From Octopus vulgaris (Eukaryota), in the NCBI GenBank assembly GCA_951406725.2, contig OX597822.1, positions 54,746,001-54,810,000 on the forward strand: DNA of 64,000 nucleotides. The letters run 5' to 3'. The notes below the pieces were generated by a model, which worked only from the letters and a program-made list of their open reading frames with translations, was not told where the DNA came from and did no database searches. A program made the position numbers and the translations under genes. The stretch's first letter is position 1. Each line of letters opens with the position of its first letter. Shown here piece by piece: positions 1 to 13,450 of this stretch.

Positions 1-344
1 GTCTCCAACTCAACTCATCAGAATTCTGTAAAAAATTCATTTGCTGTAGATACTTGAATTACCAATAATTCATGCCCATGTTCAGTCAGGCATGTTTACA
101 TGACTACATTTGCATATTACTATTAAAACAAAATAACAAATCACTGGTTTGGATTAACTGGTCAAAAAGAAAGGATGTATAGAATAAAAAAGACCTCTAG
201 TCTAAATTGTTGCATAAACCATTGCATCATATATAATTACAAACAAGGAGAATGGAGTCCTTTTATTACATTTATTTTGAATTGTTTCATTGAAATTTGA
301 TCTCATGAATATTGTTATGTGTGTGTTTTTATACACACACACAC

Positions 345-418
<74 letters not shown>

Positions 419-1026
419 GTTTGCAAAAAGTTTTTGTTTATAGGGATATGTTATCCAAGCAGGCTCCAGTTTTGCTCTACTATCAATTGATAATTCTGGT
501 TATGACTATGAACTAATGTTTATGGTTGTTAGTTTGACCATTCTTTGGCCAGTGGTTTTTTTGGTCACACCGAACTGTATTGATATAATGAACCGATATA
601 TACAGTAATAATAAGAATCCTTGGATGGAATTTATAAATCTGTGGAAACGCATGTAACAATGCATTAAAGTATTTATAAATTCCATTCATAGATTATTAT
701 TATTAATACAATATATATATATATACACACACACACATGCACAGGTGGGTGGGACTGTGTGGTAAGAAGTTCATTTTACACTCACATAATCTTTAGATTC
801 AACTCCACTGCATATATATGGACAAATGTGTTCTACTATAGCCCTGCAAAGTCTTGTGAGTGGATCTGGTAGATGAAAACTGAAAGAAGCCCATCATTTA
901 TGTATGTGTGTGTCCATGTATGTGCATGCTTGTTTCTCTGCAGAAACATAAAAAGATAGGTTGTTTCGAACAACATAGTTATTCCAGTTAAAGTCGAGGA
1001 TTAAGATAGATATAAGTAGATAGATG

Positions 1027-1195
1027 ACTACACTCATGGAGTGGTTGGCGTTAGGAAGGGCATCCAGCCGTAGAAACACTGCCAGATCTGACTAGGCCTG
1101 ATGAAGCCTTCTGGCTTCACAGACCCCAGTTGAACCGTCCAACCCATGCTAGCATGGAAAACGGATGCTAAACGATGATGATGATAATGATGATG
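1027..1195 (+). mobile_element. RTE LINE 3' end / RTE-tailed short element
   Basis: ggttggcgttaggaagggcatccagc...catgctagcatggaaa followed by (GAT)n; same sequence as the 3' UTR of the RTE at 24563-27500. Confidence 0.8.
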
Positions 1196-1907
1196 GCTAG
1201 ATAGACATACAGACAGACAGATATGGTATGGTATGTAATTGTAAAACTATTCCTATAGGATTTGAAGTGAAGCTCTTGAGCCACCAGTCTGTTACAATAC
1301 AGCAAATCTCATCTGTTTGTCACCTGCAGCCGAACATCTGAGACACTTCATCATCATCATCCTCTTCTCTCTTGTTAGCATTAGCGTCTTTTTTTCATTA
1401 CCACTAACATCTCCATCATCCTCATCATCGTTATGGCCACCACTGTCACCAGCATCAGCATCTACAATGTCATATCATGTCACTGCCATGATTATTGCTA
1501 ATAAAACTATTGGAATGATTATTATCTACACTCTGTCACCAGCACCACACCACCATCACTACCACCACCTCTTCCACTGCTATCCACATCATGATCCATA
1601 CTGTCACTATCAGCACTGTTATCAGTATCCATACCATCAGCACTGTTACCTTTACCTCCACCACCACCACCACCACCTCCATCATAATGATAATTACCAT
1701 CATTATAGATCAGTAATAGACAGGATGCACATTGTTGACCCTTGGCTGTTCACTCAGCCATAGCGCCTCTCTGTCTCTCTCCTCCTCTCTTTCTCGTCCT
1801 CCACCTCTCTTTCTCGTCCTCCACCCCTCTCTCTTGTCCTCCACCACTATCTCTCGCCCTCCACCCCTCTCTCTCGTCCTCCACCCCTCTCTCTGTCTGT
1901 CTGTCGG

Positions 1908-1938
<31 letters not shown>

Positions 1939-2465
1939 TACACACACAATTCATTGTTTACCTTCTGAAGCTTTAACAAGAGACATTATCCAGTTGGTCA
2001 GTCTGAATAATTTGTAAACAACTTATATAATGTCGTAGTTGTTGTTGTTGTCAACAGTCAAGCTGCCAGGGACTAATTAAATTCACTAGGAGGCATGATG
2101 TTATCAAGTCTTTAATAAAGGAAGTGCTCACTAGACTGATGATGACTTGCCTCCTGCAATTTCACTCCGAGCGGTTTTGTTTTTTTTTCTAACATACTTA
2201 AACACTTACCAGAAAAAGAAAGCAACAACAATAGAAGGAGCGACTCTATTTCTCTTATCTTGATCTTATTTATTTATTTTTAATTTGTGGCTGTGTGTTA
2301 AAAAGCTTGCTTCCCAACCACATGGTTCCAGGTTCAGTCCCACTGTGTGGTACCTTGGGCAAGTGCTTTGTATTTTAGCCCCGGGCTGACCAAAGTCTTG
2401 GGAGTGGAGTTGATAGATAGAAGCTAAAAGAAGCCTGTCGTGTGTGTGTGTGTATGTGTATGTAT

Positions 2466-3390
2466 TGAGTCATCCCATAAATAATGTGGTGTTTTTATAT
2501 TTCTTTTATTTTTCAAAATTAAGATAAGATACTTTTTTAATCTAAAATATACTCTCCTTCATTTTCTACAATGCTTTTCTGTCTATCTGGTAGACTTACA
2601 CGGCCCCTCTTCCAAAATTCACTTGTCTGTGATGAAAAATACTCCTCCAGTATTGTTCTATCTCAACTACAGAATTCATAATTTTTCCATATAAATGATT
2701 TCAAAGACTGCAAAATAAATGATAATCAGATTAGGCAATGTCCGGCAAATATGGTGGGTGGGGCATTGTTTCCCATTCAAACTGCTCCAGCCTTTGGAAT
2801 GTCATCCTCGCTGCATGTAGCTGAGCATTATCCTAATGGAAGAACACCTTTCATCTTGAAACCAAAGATGGTCGTTTTTCTTCTAGCACTGGCTTCAGCT
2901 GCTCAAGCTGCTCGCAGTTGATCTCCTTTGTTATTGTTTGGTTTGGGTTTAAAAGTTCAAAGTGGACTAAATCTTACATATCCCACCAAACAGATAACAC
3001 CTTACATGGGTGAAGACCTTCTTTAGCCTGGGGTACCAGTGTTTCTCTTTTCCCCACCCACTGTCTTTGGCATTTGACATTTTTATAGAGAACCCATTTC
3101 TTGTCACCTATTTGGTCCTAGAAAGGTTCATTTGTGAGACATGACAGTAAAGAAGAGTGCACATTCAATCTCTGTGCACAATTAGAATTGGAAAGTTTCT
3201 CAGAAACCCATTGACCCAATTTGCTGACTTTTCCAATGGCACACAATTGTCAATGAATGATTGAATGGCCAAATCTAAGCTTCTCTGCTAGTTCCTCAAC
3301 AGTTATGATAGGATTTTTTTCCACCAGGATTTGCAGGACATCCTCGTTCAGCTCTACAGATTTTCCAGTCATTCACACCTACACTTCAGT
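2466..3390 (-). mobile_element. Degenerate mariner transposase remnant
   Basis: Reverse translation gives LH*DNAQLH...WETMPHPPYLPDIA*SDYHLF, matching the mariner HDNA and YSPDLAPSD motifs; stops and frameshifts present. Confidence 0.8.
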
Positions 3391-3796
3391 ATCATTTCAC
3401 AAATATAGACTCATGTCATAGAAATCTCAAAGTTATGAAATAATGCATGATTTATTCAAAACAATTAAAGTAAATAAGCATTACATTTGACAGAGTAATC
3501 TGAATGCTAAAAGGTTAAAACTGTGTCATTTGGTTAGCGTTTTTTTTTTATTGGATTTTTAAAAAGAAATTGTTTGGTGTGGAAAAAAGGATTGCATTTA
3601 TGGTCCTGGCAGGCCCACCAAGACTGGTCAGAATGATATGGTTGATGTTCCTTGTAAACAGTTGCAGGTAAAACATGAGCAGTGTGAGAGCATTCCAGAG
3701 GAATAATGTCTGGAAGGGGAGACTCTAGAAAATGTGGAACTTCAGGAAGTGGATTTAATATGGGAAATAAGAAGAGGAGAGACTAATTGGCTTTAA

Positions 3797-4014
3797 CCCT
3801 CTTGAGACATGCAGGCCAATTGATCAGCCCGAGTGATACAAGCTAAAAGGACTTTGAGGCCAATCCATTGGCCTGATGGAACAAATGTTGTGAACGGTTG
3901 GTTTTGAAGTGTAATAGCTAATCAGAGATTATCTTTCAGTAGATCTATTTCAATATTTAAAAGATTTTCATCTTTTTGGCTACACATACCAAAACACTGT
4001 GTGTCTCAAAAGGG
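3797..4014. mobile_element. piggyBac-type MITE
   Basis: TTAA|ccctcttgagaca ... tgtctcaaaaggg|TTAA: TTAA TSD and 12/13 TIR match. Confidence 0.8.
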
Positions 4015-4726
4015 TTAAGAAACAGAGGTTATTCTAATAGCTGTAGAAAAGTAAAATAATGAGCCAGAACAGTTGTGGGCCAGAAGTTGGTGTGTGTTAG
4101 TGGCTTTTTTTTTTTTTTTTTTTGGATGTCATCTAGTATGTCTGTGTGTGTTTGAATGGTAACAACATGGGTCTAGATATAGGAACAGTAGTGTATTTTG
4201 GGGTCTCCTTTGAACTTTATATAGGGTTAGTACTTGTTGGAAGTAGAAGTATTTTTCAGGCCTTGAAGAGGAATGCTAGTTTTGGAGATGTAGTCTTTAT
4301 GTTTAAAATGTGATATTACCAGGAGGTGAGGGTGAGGTCAGACATTTAATAAATGTCTTTCCTATTACTATGAATCATGTACATATTTCCTATATTCTTA
4401 GAATGCCATTATTCCATATTTCACTGCTTGCCTTGTCTTATCAAAACTTCTTTTTGTTATGTGAGTGTATGAGTATCAATGTTTAGTTGGGTTCATGACA
4501 TTTCTAAAATATAATAGATAATGGATAATTTTGGTTAGCTCTGTGCTTCCATTTCATCTGACCTTTCATTAATTTCCAAAGCAGCCTTCATTGTTGTCAC
4601 TCTATTTACATTGGGGATACTATCATTATTGTTTCAACAACTACTTTTCCATGCTTGCACTACTTATGTGACAATGATACTCATTTACAACTCTTTCACA
4701 ATGTCAAGACAAGGAGACACGAAAAC

Positions 4727-4768
<42 letters not shown>

Positions 4769-6342
4769 CTCACACAGACACACACACACTTAGCTAGAAT
4801 AACCATGTTTGTCTACTACAGCAAAACACCTGTTCTTGTCCTTTTATCAAACTTTAACCTCTCAACACTTGGCATAACGCCCCCTTCCTCAATATTACAC
4901 CCCTACTTTAATGCGGCAAGCTGGAAGAATTATTAGCATGCCTGGCAAAATTCTTAGCAGTATTTCATGTATCCTTATGTTCTGAGTTTAGATTCCACTG
5001 AAGTTAACTTAACCTTTCATCCTTTCAAGGTTGATAAAATAAATACCAGTTAAGCACTGGGGTCGATGTAATTGACATACCCTCACCCTGAAATTGCTGG
5101 CCTTGTGCCAAAATTTGAAATCAGTGTTAGATCCCCCACTTAATTGAAGGGGCTTGTCTTGTGAATTACTTGGTGATCTAACTAGTGCTAGTATCATGAA
5201 AAATTATCCAGTACATCGATGCCAAACCTGAGATTGGTACTTAGTTCAGTCCTGTAGCTTGTCAGCAGATCTTCTCAAACCATATAAACTATACCAGCAT
5301 GGAAGACAGATGTTAAACAATGAGGATGGTAATAATGATACATATATGATGGCTTTCTTTTAGTCTCTGTTCACCAAACCCATTCAGTTGTTTAATCACA
5401 GGCTATAGTAAAAGACACTTGTCCAAGGTCCAACACGGTGAGACTGAAACTGGAACCATGTGGTTGGTATTTTATTTTATATGACACTAGAGGAATGAAA
5501 AGAAAAGTTGACCTGACTTTGAACTCAGAATGTAAAAAGGCATTTTGCTGTGGTACTTTAACAGTTCTACTATCCACAGCCTTAACAAACACCATTATAT
5601 AACTTCTGGTCAGTCTTGAGTTTATAGAACTGTGATCAAAGACATTCTAACCAAGATTGTTTCTTTATATTTTTAGATGCAGGACCACATTATTCATCAT
5701 CATCACCCTCCCCCTCCTCATCGGTTTAATATCCACTTTTCCGTGCTTGCATGGGTTGGATGGAATTTGTCAAGGTGGATTTTCTATGGCTGGATATCCT
5801 TCTAGTCATCAGCCCTCACTTGTTTCCAAGTGAGGTAATATTTCCCCATAACCAGATAGTGACACTTGTTTATAACTATGATTTGATGTCAAGACGAGAA
5901 GATAGTAACCCACTTTTGAGCACACGCACACACACACATATATGTATGTTGGAACTCTTCCATTTTCCATCTACCAAATTCACTTGCAAGGCTTTGGTTG
6001 GCCCAAAGCTCTGGTAGAAACCACTTGCCTAAAGGATTGAAACAAAACCATATAGTTGAGAAGCAAACTTTTTACCACATTGCTATGTCAGCACCTATTC
6101 AAAATGTTAATTTTTAAAAAAAATGATATAACGTGATTTATAACTTGTCTATTATTCCAACAAGGTTAAGCAGAGGTTCCTTCACTGGCCTGTGTATGAT
6201 TTAATCTATGACACTCTCAGAATTAACACTGAATGTTGAAGATACTGGATAATTTAGGTTAAATCTGTGTTTCTATTTCATCTTACCTGTCATTAATTTC
6301 CAAGTCTGTCAGTCTTCATTGTTGTAATACAGTGAAGTCAGA

Positions 6343-6373
<31 letters not shown>

Positions 6374-8059
6374 CTTACAACACAGATGTCAGGATCAAAT
6401 CACACATGAAACATGATCTCTGGCACTGAAATTGTGTTATGGTTGTAATTTCTCAATGTCAAGTAGAGGTTTACAGGTTATTGGGGATAATTAATTTTGT
6501 CCCTATTTTCTCTTATAACTGTAAAAGAATCTTTCTTTGTCACAAGAAACTTTTATATAAAGGGAGAGCTATTTGTGGATTTTTGGTAATGACAGTGAAA
6601 ATGATAATTGGCTTCAGACCATTCATCATGCAGAGTGTTCACAGTCACTCTGTTGTTGCCTAGATATTCTCATTTGTGAAGAGTTGAATGAAATTGACCC
6701 TGCAAACCATGGAGATGTTCATCAATTTTATAGTTGCATACAATGATATATTCTTTCTTGAACTTGCCTCAGTCATGTGATTGCCACCATGTGGGGTTTA
6801 GTTAATCAAATTAACCCCAGTACTTGTACTTATTTTAAGTGTGATACTTGTTCTATAGGTCCCTTTTGCTGGACACTAAGTTACAAAGGGATCTTTGTAA
6901 ACTAACACTACTTTTTAAGTAAGGAAAGACAAACACATTCCCCCTCCAAATATATATATATATACATGAGATAGCCTTCTGCGCAGTTTCCATCAATTGA
7001 ATTCACTTACAAGTTATTGGTTGACCCCAGGACTATACTACAAGATATTACATTTACCCAGAATGCTACACTGTGGGATTGAACCTGAAATCTAATGGTT
7101 GTGAAAGAAACTTCTTAACCAACTAGCCATGCTTGTGTTTATATATTGTATCACCTTGTTATACTTACACTTTGGTTACTCAGGCCACAACACTGTTAGC
7201 AAATTATAAGCTTTGCCAACTCTCCTTATGTTTGTTCCAATCAACCATAACTCTATTTTACTATATTTCTTGGACTTATTTTATTGACTTTGCCCTCCAT
7301 TGGGGATAAAAAGGAAAAGCTCAGTGAATCGAAATTTAAATTCTGAACTGTCAAATAGCAAACAGTATGTTATAGGGATTGTAAATTAGCATGTTATCAA
7401 CCACTTCATCTTTCCAATACTTATATCTACACATAGGCACAGGTATGGCTGTGTGGTAAAATGTTTGCTTCCCCACTTCATGGTTCTGAGTTCAGTCCCA
7501 CTGCATGGCACCTCAGTCTTCTACTATAGCCCTGGGATGGCCAAAGCTTTGTGAGTGGATTTGACTGATGGAAGCTGAAAGAAGCCTCTTGTATTTATGT
7601 ACATGTGTGTGTGTGTATACATGTATGTCTTTGTGTCTGCGTTTATGTAACTTAGTGGTTTGGTAAAAGAGACCCATAAAAAAGTATCAGGCTTCAAAAA
7701 GTAAGCATTGGGGTCAATTCTTCAAGGTAGTCCCTCAGTGTAGCCACAATCCAGTGGTCGAAACTGTTTTATCATCTGTTTTTCAATTGTTTTTGAGTGT
7801 TTTATTCCTAGATATGTACATGGCCCCACTCTGTATTCAAACTTAGAACCTTTATTTCTAAACTAAAAGTAGTAATGTCCTTACCCACTTCACCACTGGT
7901 ACATGTAGACATTTAATCAAGATCTCAAAAGCCTCTAGTCTACTGTCTGCGTAACTTTTACTCTCAGCTATGAGTTCAAGTGCAATCCACAGAGGAGTGT
8001 TGCTTGCATCTGAGAGAGTGCTGTTGTTGCTGTACACACAGACATATTTCACTGCGTCC

Positions 8060-8420
8060 AGAATAGGGTCAACTGATTGATAGGGACAAAAGTCACTCAG
8101 AGACATGGTCCAACCTCTGGTCCTTAGGCATACTGCCTCTTCTCTCTACTTTTTCTATCACTACTATAATGGCTACTGCTCCCTGGAGCTGGTTGGTTTC
8201 ACACTGCTTCACTCAGGCATTTCTATCCTACTCTTCTCCCTTTTTCCCCCTTGTTACATCCAGCTCCCCAGGCCCTGTGCTAATAATCATGCCTAGTCAT
8301 TCCATCCCAGAATGTCAGCCCTTCAGAACTCCCTTCTTGCTCATATCTTTCTCATATGGGTTGACTTACAAAGGTTCAAGAAGAACATTAAAGGCATCAA
8401 TCTCTCTGATATAGCTGATT
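8060..8420 (+). mobile_element. CR1/L2/Jockey-group LINE ORF2 C-terminal remnant
   Basis: VQPLVLRHTASSLYFFYHYYNGYCSLEL resembles the L.PLS.RR.VASLSLFYRYY.G.CS.EL tail motif of these LINEs. Confidence 0.55.
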
Positions 8421-10029
8421 CTGTGAAGACCATGGGCACTATTCCTTCCTCCAGACCCAGCAAATATGAAAAAAAAACGAAAAAAATTAACAATATGGAC
8501 AAATCTTACATTTTTTATATATTGGTGATTCTAGCAGACTTGAACTTCTCCAGCCCACATCATTTTACGCCAGTAAATTCTTTCAAAGAACTTTCTTATC
8601 AACTTTGATCAGGCATCATGTTACAGTTTAGAGCAATTCAAGAAATTGCTGCCAAACTGACTAACTCAAATGGCAACCCACAAATTCCACTTAGCATAAT
8701 ATGACATTTACCAATAACAGGTCACATGTTTCCCAGATTTACTTTGCTAATAATGCTTTCTGCATACCCCAGTTAGCCGTAAAAGAGCATCATTTCTGTT
8801 AAGGGTAGCCAGAGAATTACACAAAGATTTTATAAATCCTCTGCTAAAATTCCATTTAAGTTTTTCAGATTTTGTTCTCAAGAACAAAATTAAATTTATT
8901 CTTTTTTTGGTATCTTGTTGAAAATACAGTTTTAAAAAAGTGATTAGAAAATATAGTGGTGGTGGTGGTGCTTTCTTAATTATGCAAAAGACTAATTGGT
9001 AGGGGCTGATTGGCTGCATCAGCCCCAGTATATTACTGATACTTAAAGAATTGTGGATTTGATGAATCAGTAGAGTACAGAACTGAATCAACAGCATTTT
9101 GTTCTCTCTCTCTCTCTCAATTCCCCAAATTTTGGCACAAGTCCAGTGACTCTGAACAGAGGGGATAAGTTAATTACATTGTCTCTAGTACTTGATTGGT
9201 GACTTTGGTAGGATTTGAGCTCAGAATATAAATGCTACTAAGAAGAAATGCTACTAAGTATTTTCTCCAGCATGCTACAATTTTACAAACTTGTTGCTTT
9301 CTGAGATTAATAATAATTTTGGCTTCAAATTTTAGCACAAAGCCAGCAATTTCAGGTGGGGGAGGACTAGTCAACTACATTGATTTCAGTGCTCAACTGA
9401 TATTTATTTTATTAACACCCCCAAATAAATGAAAAGAAAGTCAACCTTGGCAGAATTTGAACTCGAAATGTGAAGATGGATGAAATACTACTAAGCATTT
9501 TGCCCAGCCTGCTAAAGATTCAGCCAGTTTGCCACCTTAGAATTAATAATAATATTGTAATAATTTGATATCTTAATACTTTAACTAAGGTACTTCATAG
9601 CTATATACATCATAGTCTTTGCTACTGTTTTAGTTCACTCAGTAAGAGTTTGACAACAAATATAGGCTTTGGATATGAAAACATTAAGCAAAGATTGTAG
9701 TTACACAACAGAAGTCATATGGTCCTGTAGGATAAAAATAAATGATTTTTATTTATATAATTACATAATGTATGCGTATTGTTCAACACTTGTAACTAAG
9801 GTATTATGCCTAAGAGAGCTCTGATGTGCAGAATACTATATTAGGTTCCAGATACAATAAACAGATAGTCTGTTAAATCCTAGATCTAGATGTAAGCTTA
9901 TCTTTTGTGATTTTATGCTTGTTCATAAATTTCTTATTCTTTTTTTGATATCTTGTTGAAAATACAGTTTTTAAAAAGTGATTAGAAAATATAGTGGTGG
10001 TGGTGCTTTCTTAATTATGCAAAAGACTA

Positions 10030-10252
10030 CTTGGCAGAAACGTTAGCGCGCCGGGCGAAATGCTTAGCGGTATTTCGTCTGTCATTACGTTCTGGGTTCA
10101 AATTCTGCTGAGGTCGACTTTACCTTTCATTCTTTCGGGGTCGATAAATAAAGTACCAGTTTTGCACTGGGATCAATGTAATTGACTTAATCCGTTTGTC
10201 TGTCCTTATTTGTTCTCTCTGTGTTTAGCCCCTTGTGGGTAGTAAAGAAATA
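10030..10252 (+). mobile_element. Meta-domain-like tRNA SINE
   Basis: tggcagaaacgttag (box A-like), ggttcaaattc (box B), and the gtcgactttacctttcattctttcggggtcgataaa core. Confidence 0.8.
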
Positions 10253-10254
10253 TA

Positions 10255-10660
10255 TACTTTTACTTTTACTTGTTTCGGTCATTTGACTGCGGCCATGCTG
10301 GAGCACCTTTAGTCGAGCAAATCGACCCCGGGACTTATTCTTTGTAAGCCCAGTACTTATTCTATCGGTTTCTTTTTGCTGAACCGCTAAGTGACAGGGA
10401 CGTAAACACACCAGCATCGGTTGACAAGCAATGCTAGGGGGACAAACGCAGACACACAAACACACACACATACATATATATATATACATACATATATACG
10501 ACAGGCTTCTTTCAGTTTCTTTCTACCAAATCCACTCACAAGGCATTGGTTGGCCTGGGGCTATAGCAGAAGGCACTTGCCCAAGATGCCACGCAGTGGG
10601 ACTGAACCTGGAACCATGTGGTTGGTTAGCAAGCTACTTACCACACAGCCACTCCTGTGC
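10255..10660 (-). mobile_element. CORE-like tRNA SINE, full length
   Basis: Reverse complement of the family seen at 19980-20380; lies tail-to-tail with the Meta-like SINE. Confidence 0.85.
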
Positions 10661-10950
10661 CTATATATATATATAATTCTATCTATAGTTTCTCTTATGT
10701 ATATACATATGTATAAATGTAGAAATATGCCATCTGATGATTGTACAGCAGAGCTATTAAAACATAGAAGTGACAGAACAATTTATTAATAAATCCTGAA
10801 AGCAGTACTCCAGCATGGCTATGGATGTGATGGCAAAAGAAATATCTGAAGAATGAAATTCCTTTTGACATGGATATAATTTCTGCATTTTCTAATTTGT
10901 TTGTTTTTTTTTTCTTTTGTTTTAACATTCCTGTTTTTCTTTCATTCTAG

Positions 10951-11087
10951 AATATAGGTTACTTGAGTTGGCTGGGATTATACAAAGATTTACCCAAGGC
11001 AAAAACAGTGGTTCCATTATGGGACAGATATAAAAAAAAAGATGAGACAGTAAAACAGTCTATGATTGACAAGTTTAAAAAAATCAC
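10951..11087 (+). CDS. PDE9A: PDE9-like phosphodiesterase, internal exon upstream of the catalytic domain (NIGYLSWLGLYKDLPKAKTVVPLWDRYKKKDETVKQSMIDKFKKI-T)
   Basis: Long pyrimidine tract ending ttctag; open frame of 45 codons + 2 nt; GTGAGT donor. Its phase-2 end (AC) joins the single leading A of the exon at 35071 to give ACA (Thr). Confidence 0.75.
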
Positions 11088-11642
11088 GTGAGTACATTTT
11101 TCTTTATCACAGTTTTTTTTTTTTAGTTGTAAAAGCAAAGAAAAATAAACAAACTAAACCTTGAAATACAAATATTCTAATTCATCTCAATCAAACATGC
11201 ACCATTCTTTTCTGTCGTTGCTATTCTTTTCAGAATTAATTACATATTATTTGATTGTTGTGAAAGAAGTTATCATATTCCTTTCTTGTTGTCATGTAGC
11301 CTCAAGTTGGCTTTGATTGAGCTGGCTTATGGCCAAAGCCATTTCAGAGACATCTTAGCGGCATCTAGGTTTACATTAACTCCCTATTTAAGATGGTGGA
11401 ATGTTATTTGAAGGGTATTCAGTTGCTATTTTTAGCAGATTGATTGATCACAAAGGTTTCCTTAAAAGTTGCATTGTTTTACAAATAGCTATTTACTCAT
11501 TATTGCTTCACTCTGAAATTTTTCATGTAATCTAATGTATGTGTGATGTAAATATGATAATTTCTAAATCTCTCAAAGACAGACATTCAGTAACAGTTCC
11601 TTAAAGTACATGCTATTTGCTAACATAATGTGGCTGTCTCAA

Positions 11643-11938
11643 AAGGGACGATGTTAGTATTGTTTTAGCCCCAAGAAACATCGTTTCTAGCTGACTATAC
11701 AACACACTGTGTCCTTATATTTTTGAACAGGGAGCTCAGCACTCCCATCTAGTGCAAAACATCTGTGGACTAGTTTCTGGGTTATTGCTCTTTATCAACA
11801 CAGAGTAGCTGCTTTGGCTGTGCTAGATGGAAGTGCTGAGCTCCCGGTTTGAATATATAAGGATACAGATAGTGAGTCACATAGCCAGCTAGAAACAATG
11901 TTTCTTAGGGCTAAAACAATGGTAACATTGTCCCTTTC
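11643..11938. mobile_element. Foldback MITE (long hairpin)
   Basis: aaagggacgatgttag..ttttagccccaagaaacatcgtttctagctg pairs with cagctagaaacaatgtttcttagggctaaaa..cattgtcccttt; inner gggagctcagcac/gtgctgagctccc also pairs. Confidence 0.8.
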
Positions 11939-12699
11939 AGGGTGTACATATGTGTATTTGGATTCCATTTTATCTAGCTGTAAAGCGAAATACATACATA
12001 CATACATACATACATACATACATACATACATACATACATACATACATACATACGTACGTACGTACGTACGTACGTGTGTGTGTATTTGTTTTTTCGTTTG
12101 GTTTTTATGTTCATTTTCCCATACTAGCATGGGTTAGACAAATGCTTTGTTAAGGTACTGATTTACAACCAAATGTCCTACCTGTTGCTAACCATTAGGG
12201 ATCTCTTATTTCACACATGCATATGTGCAAAGCTGGATGAAAATTTGTTGGAAAAGGAATTGACAACAATGTCACTGTTTATAACTCATGATATTCAATG
12301 ATGTTAACATTCATCCCCCAACACACACACACACACATATATGCATACATACACAATGGGCTTCTTTCAGTTTCTGCCTGCTAAATCCACTCACAAAGCT
12401 TTGCTCAGACTGTGGTTACAGTAGAAGACAAACACATGCATACATAACCATATAACATAGAATACAAATGGAAAACTAGTGTGGAGATAAATTAATTCAA
12501 TTTATTCTTACATGTATTTCATTAACAAAAATATTTATTTTGTACAGAAATACTTTATAAACATACCACATTATCAAATCATCAGATTGCATAACAAGCA
12601 CAAACCTTTTGACAGTACTATTGTCTCAACTAATATAACAGCTCTATAAGTGTGCATATATGTGCATTTGTATGTAAACCCAACAAGGAAACAAGCTAT

Positions 12700-13450
12700 C
12701 CTAGTTGACAATTAAGGATATGAAGGCAAGGAAAGCCTGGTCCATCAGGAATTATGGCAGACATGCTAAAAATATCTGTTGGAGTTGGATGAAGCCTAGT
12801 CACCTGTATGGTTAATCAGATTGTGCAGGAAAGTATACAACTGCACACCCAATGACTAGTGTAGCAGCATTATCGTCAAATGTTACAAGAAGAGTAAAGA
12901 AGATGCCTTAGGTAGAGATAATTACTAAGATGTCAAAATTGCTGGACCAGGTTATGAAAATTACAGAAAGAATTATAACCCAATTAATGAAGAAGAAATT
13001 TAGACTAGATGAGATGCCACTTGGTTTTGCTCCTGGAAGCAGTACTATTAATATCCTCTTTCTAATTAGAAAACTGCAGAAATATTTAACTAAAAGTAAG
13101 CCATTTTATATGGCATTCATTGACCTGGTGAAAGCCTTCAACAAGGTCTCATGCTCAGTGATCTGGAAATAGGGGTCAGTGAATGACCAGTGATAGTTAT
13201 TCAAGCTATATACAGGAGTGCTGACAGTAAGGTTAGAGTTAGTAGTTAGTACAGCAATGAATTTAGTATTCAGATATAGGAGTTCACCAGGTCCCAGTTC
13301 TCAGTCCCTTCCTATTCATCATAATCCTCTAGGTCACAACAGAAGAATTTAAGACCAGTTGCACTTAGGAAATACTATATACTGATGTCATTGTTATGGA
13401 ATCTATAGTAGAAGTAAAAAGAAATTCCCAGGTTGGAAGCAGAATCTCTA
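12700..13450 (+). mobile_element. Degenerate RTE LINE RT fragment (continues at about 14415-14790)
   Basis: KLLDQVMKITERII...GFAPGSST...FIDLVKAFNKV; later LLYAGDLVL. Many stops. Confidence 0.85.

Noticed and set aside
202-516. YIYI/THTH ORFs (also near 11800, 17250, 44480, 45510, 52300)
   Set aside because: Translations of (TA)n, (CA)n and (TACA)n microsatellites.
3590-4450. Possible Penelope RT/linker remnant on the - strand around the piggyBac MITE
   Set aside because: Too degenerate to support by eye; needs a translated search.
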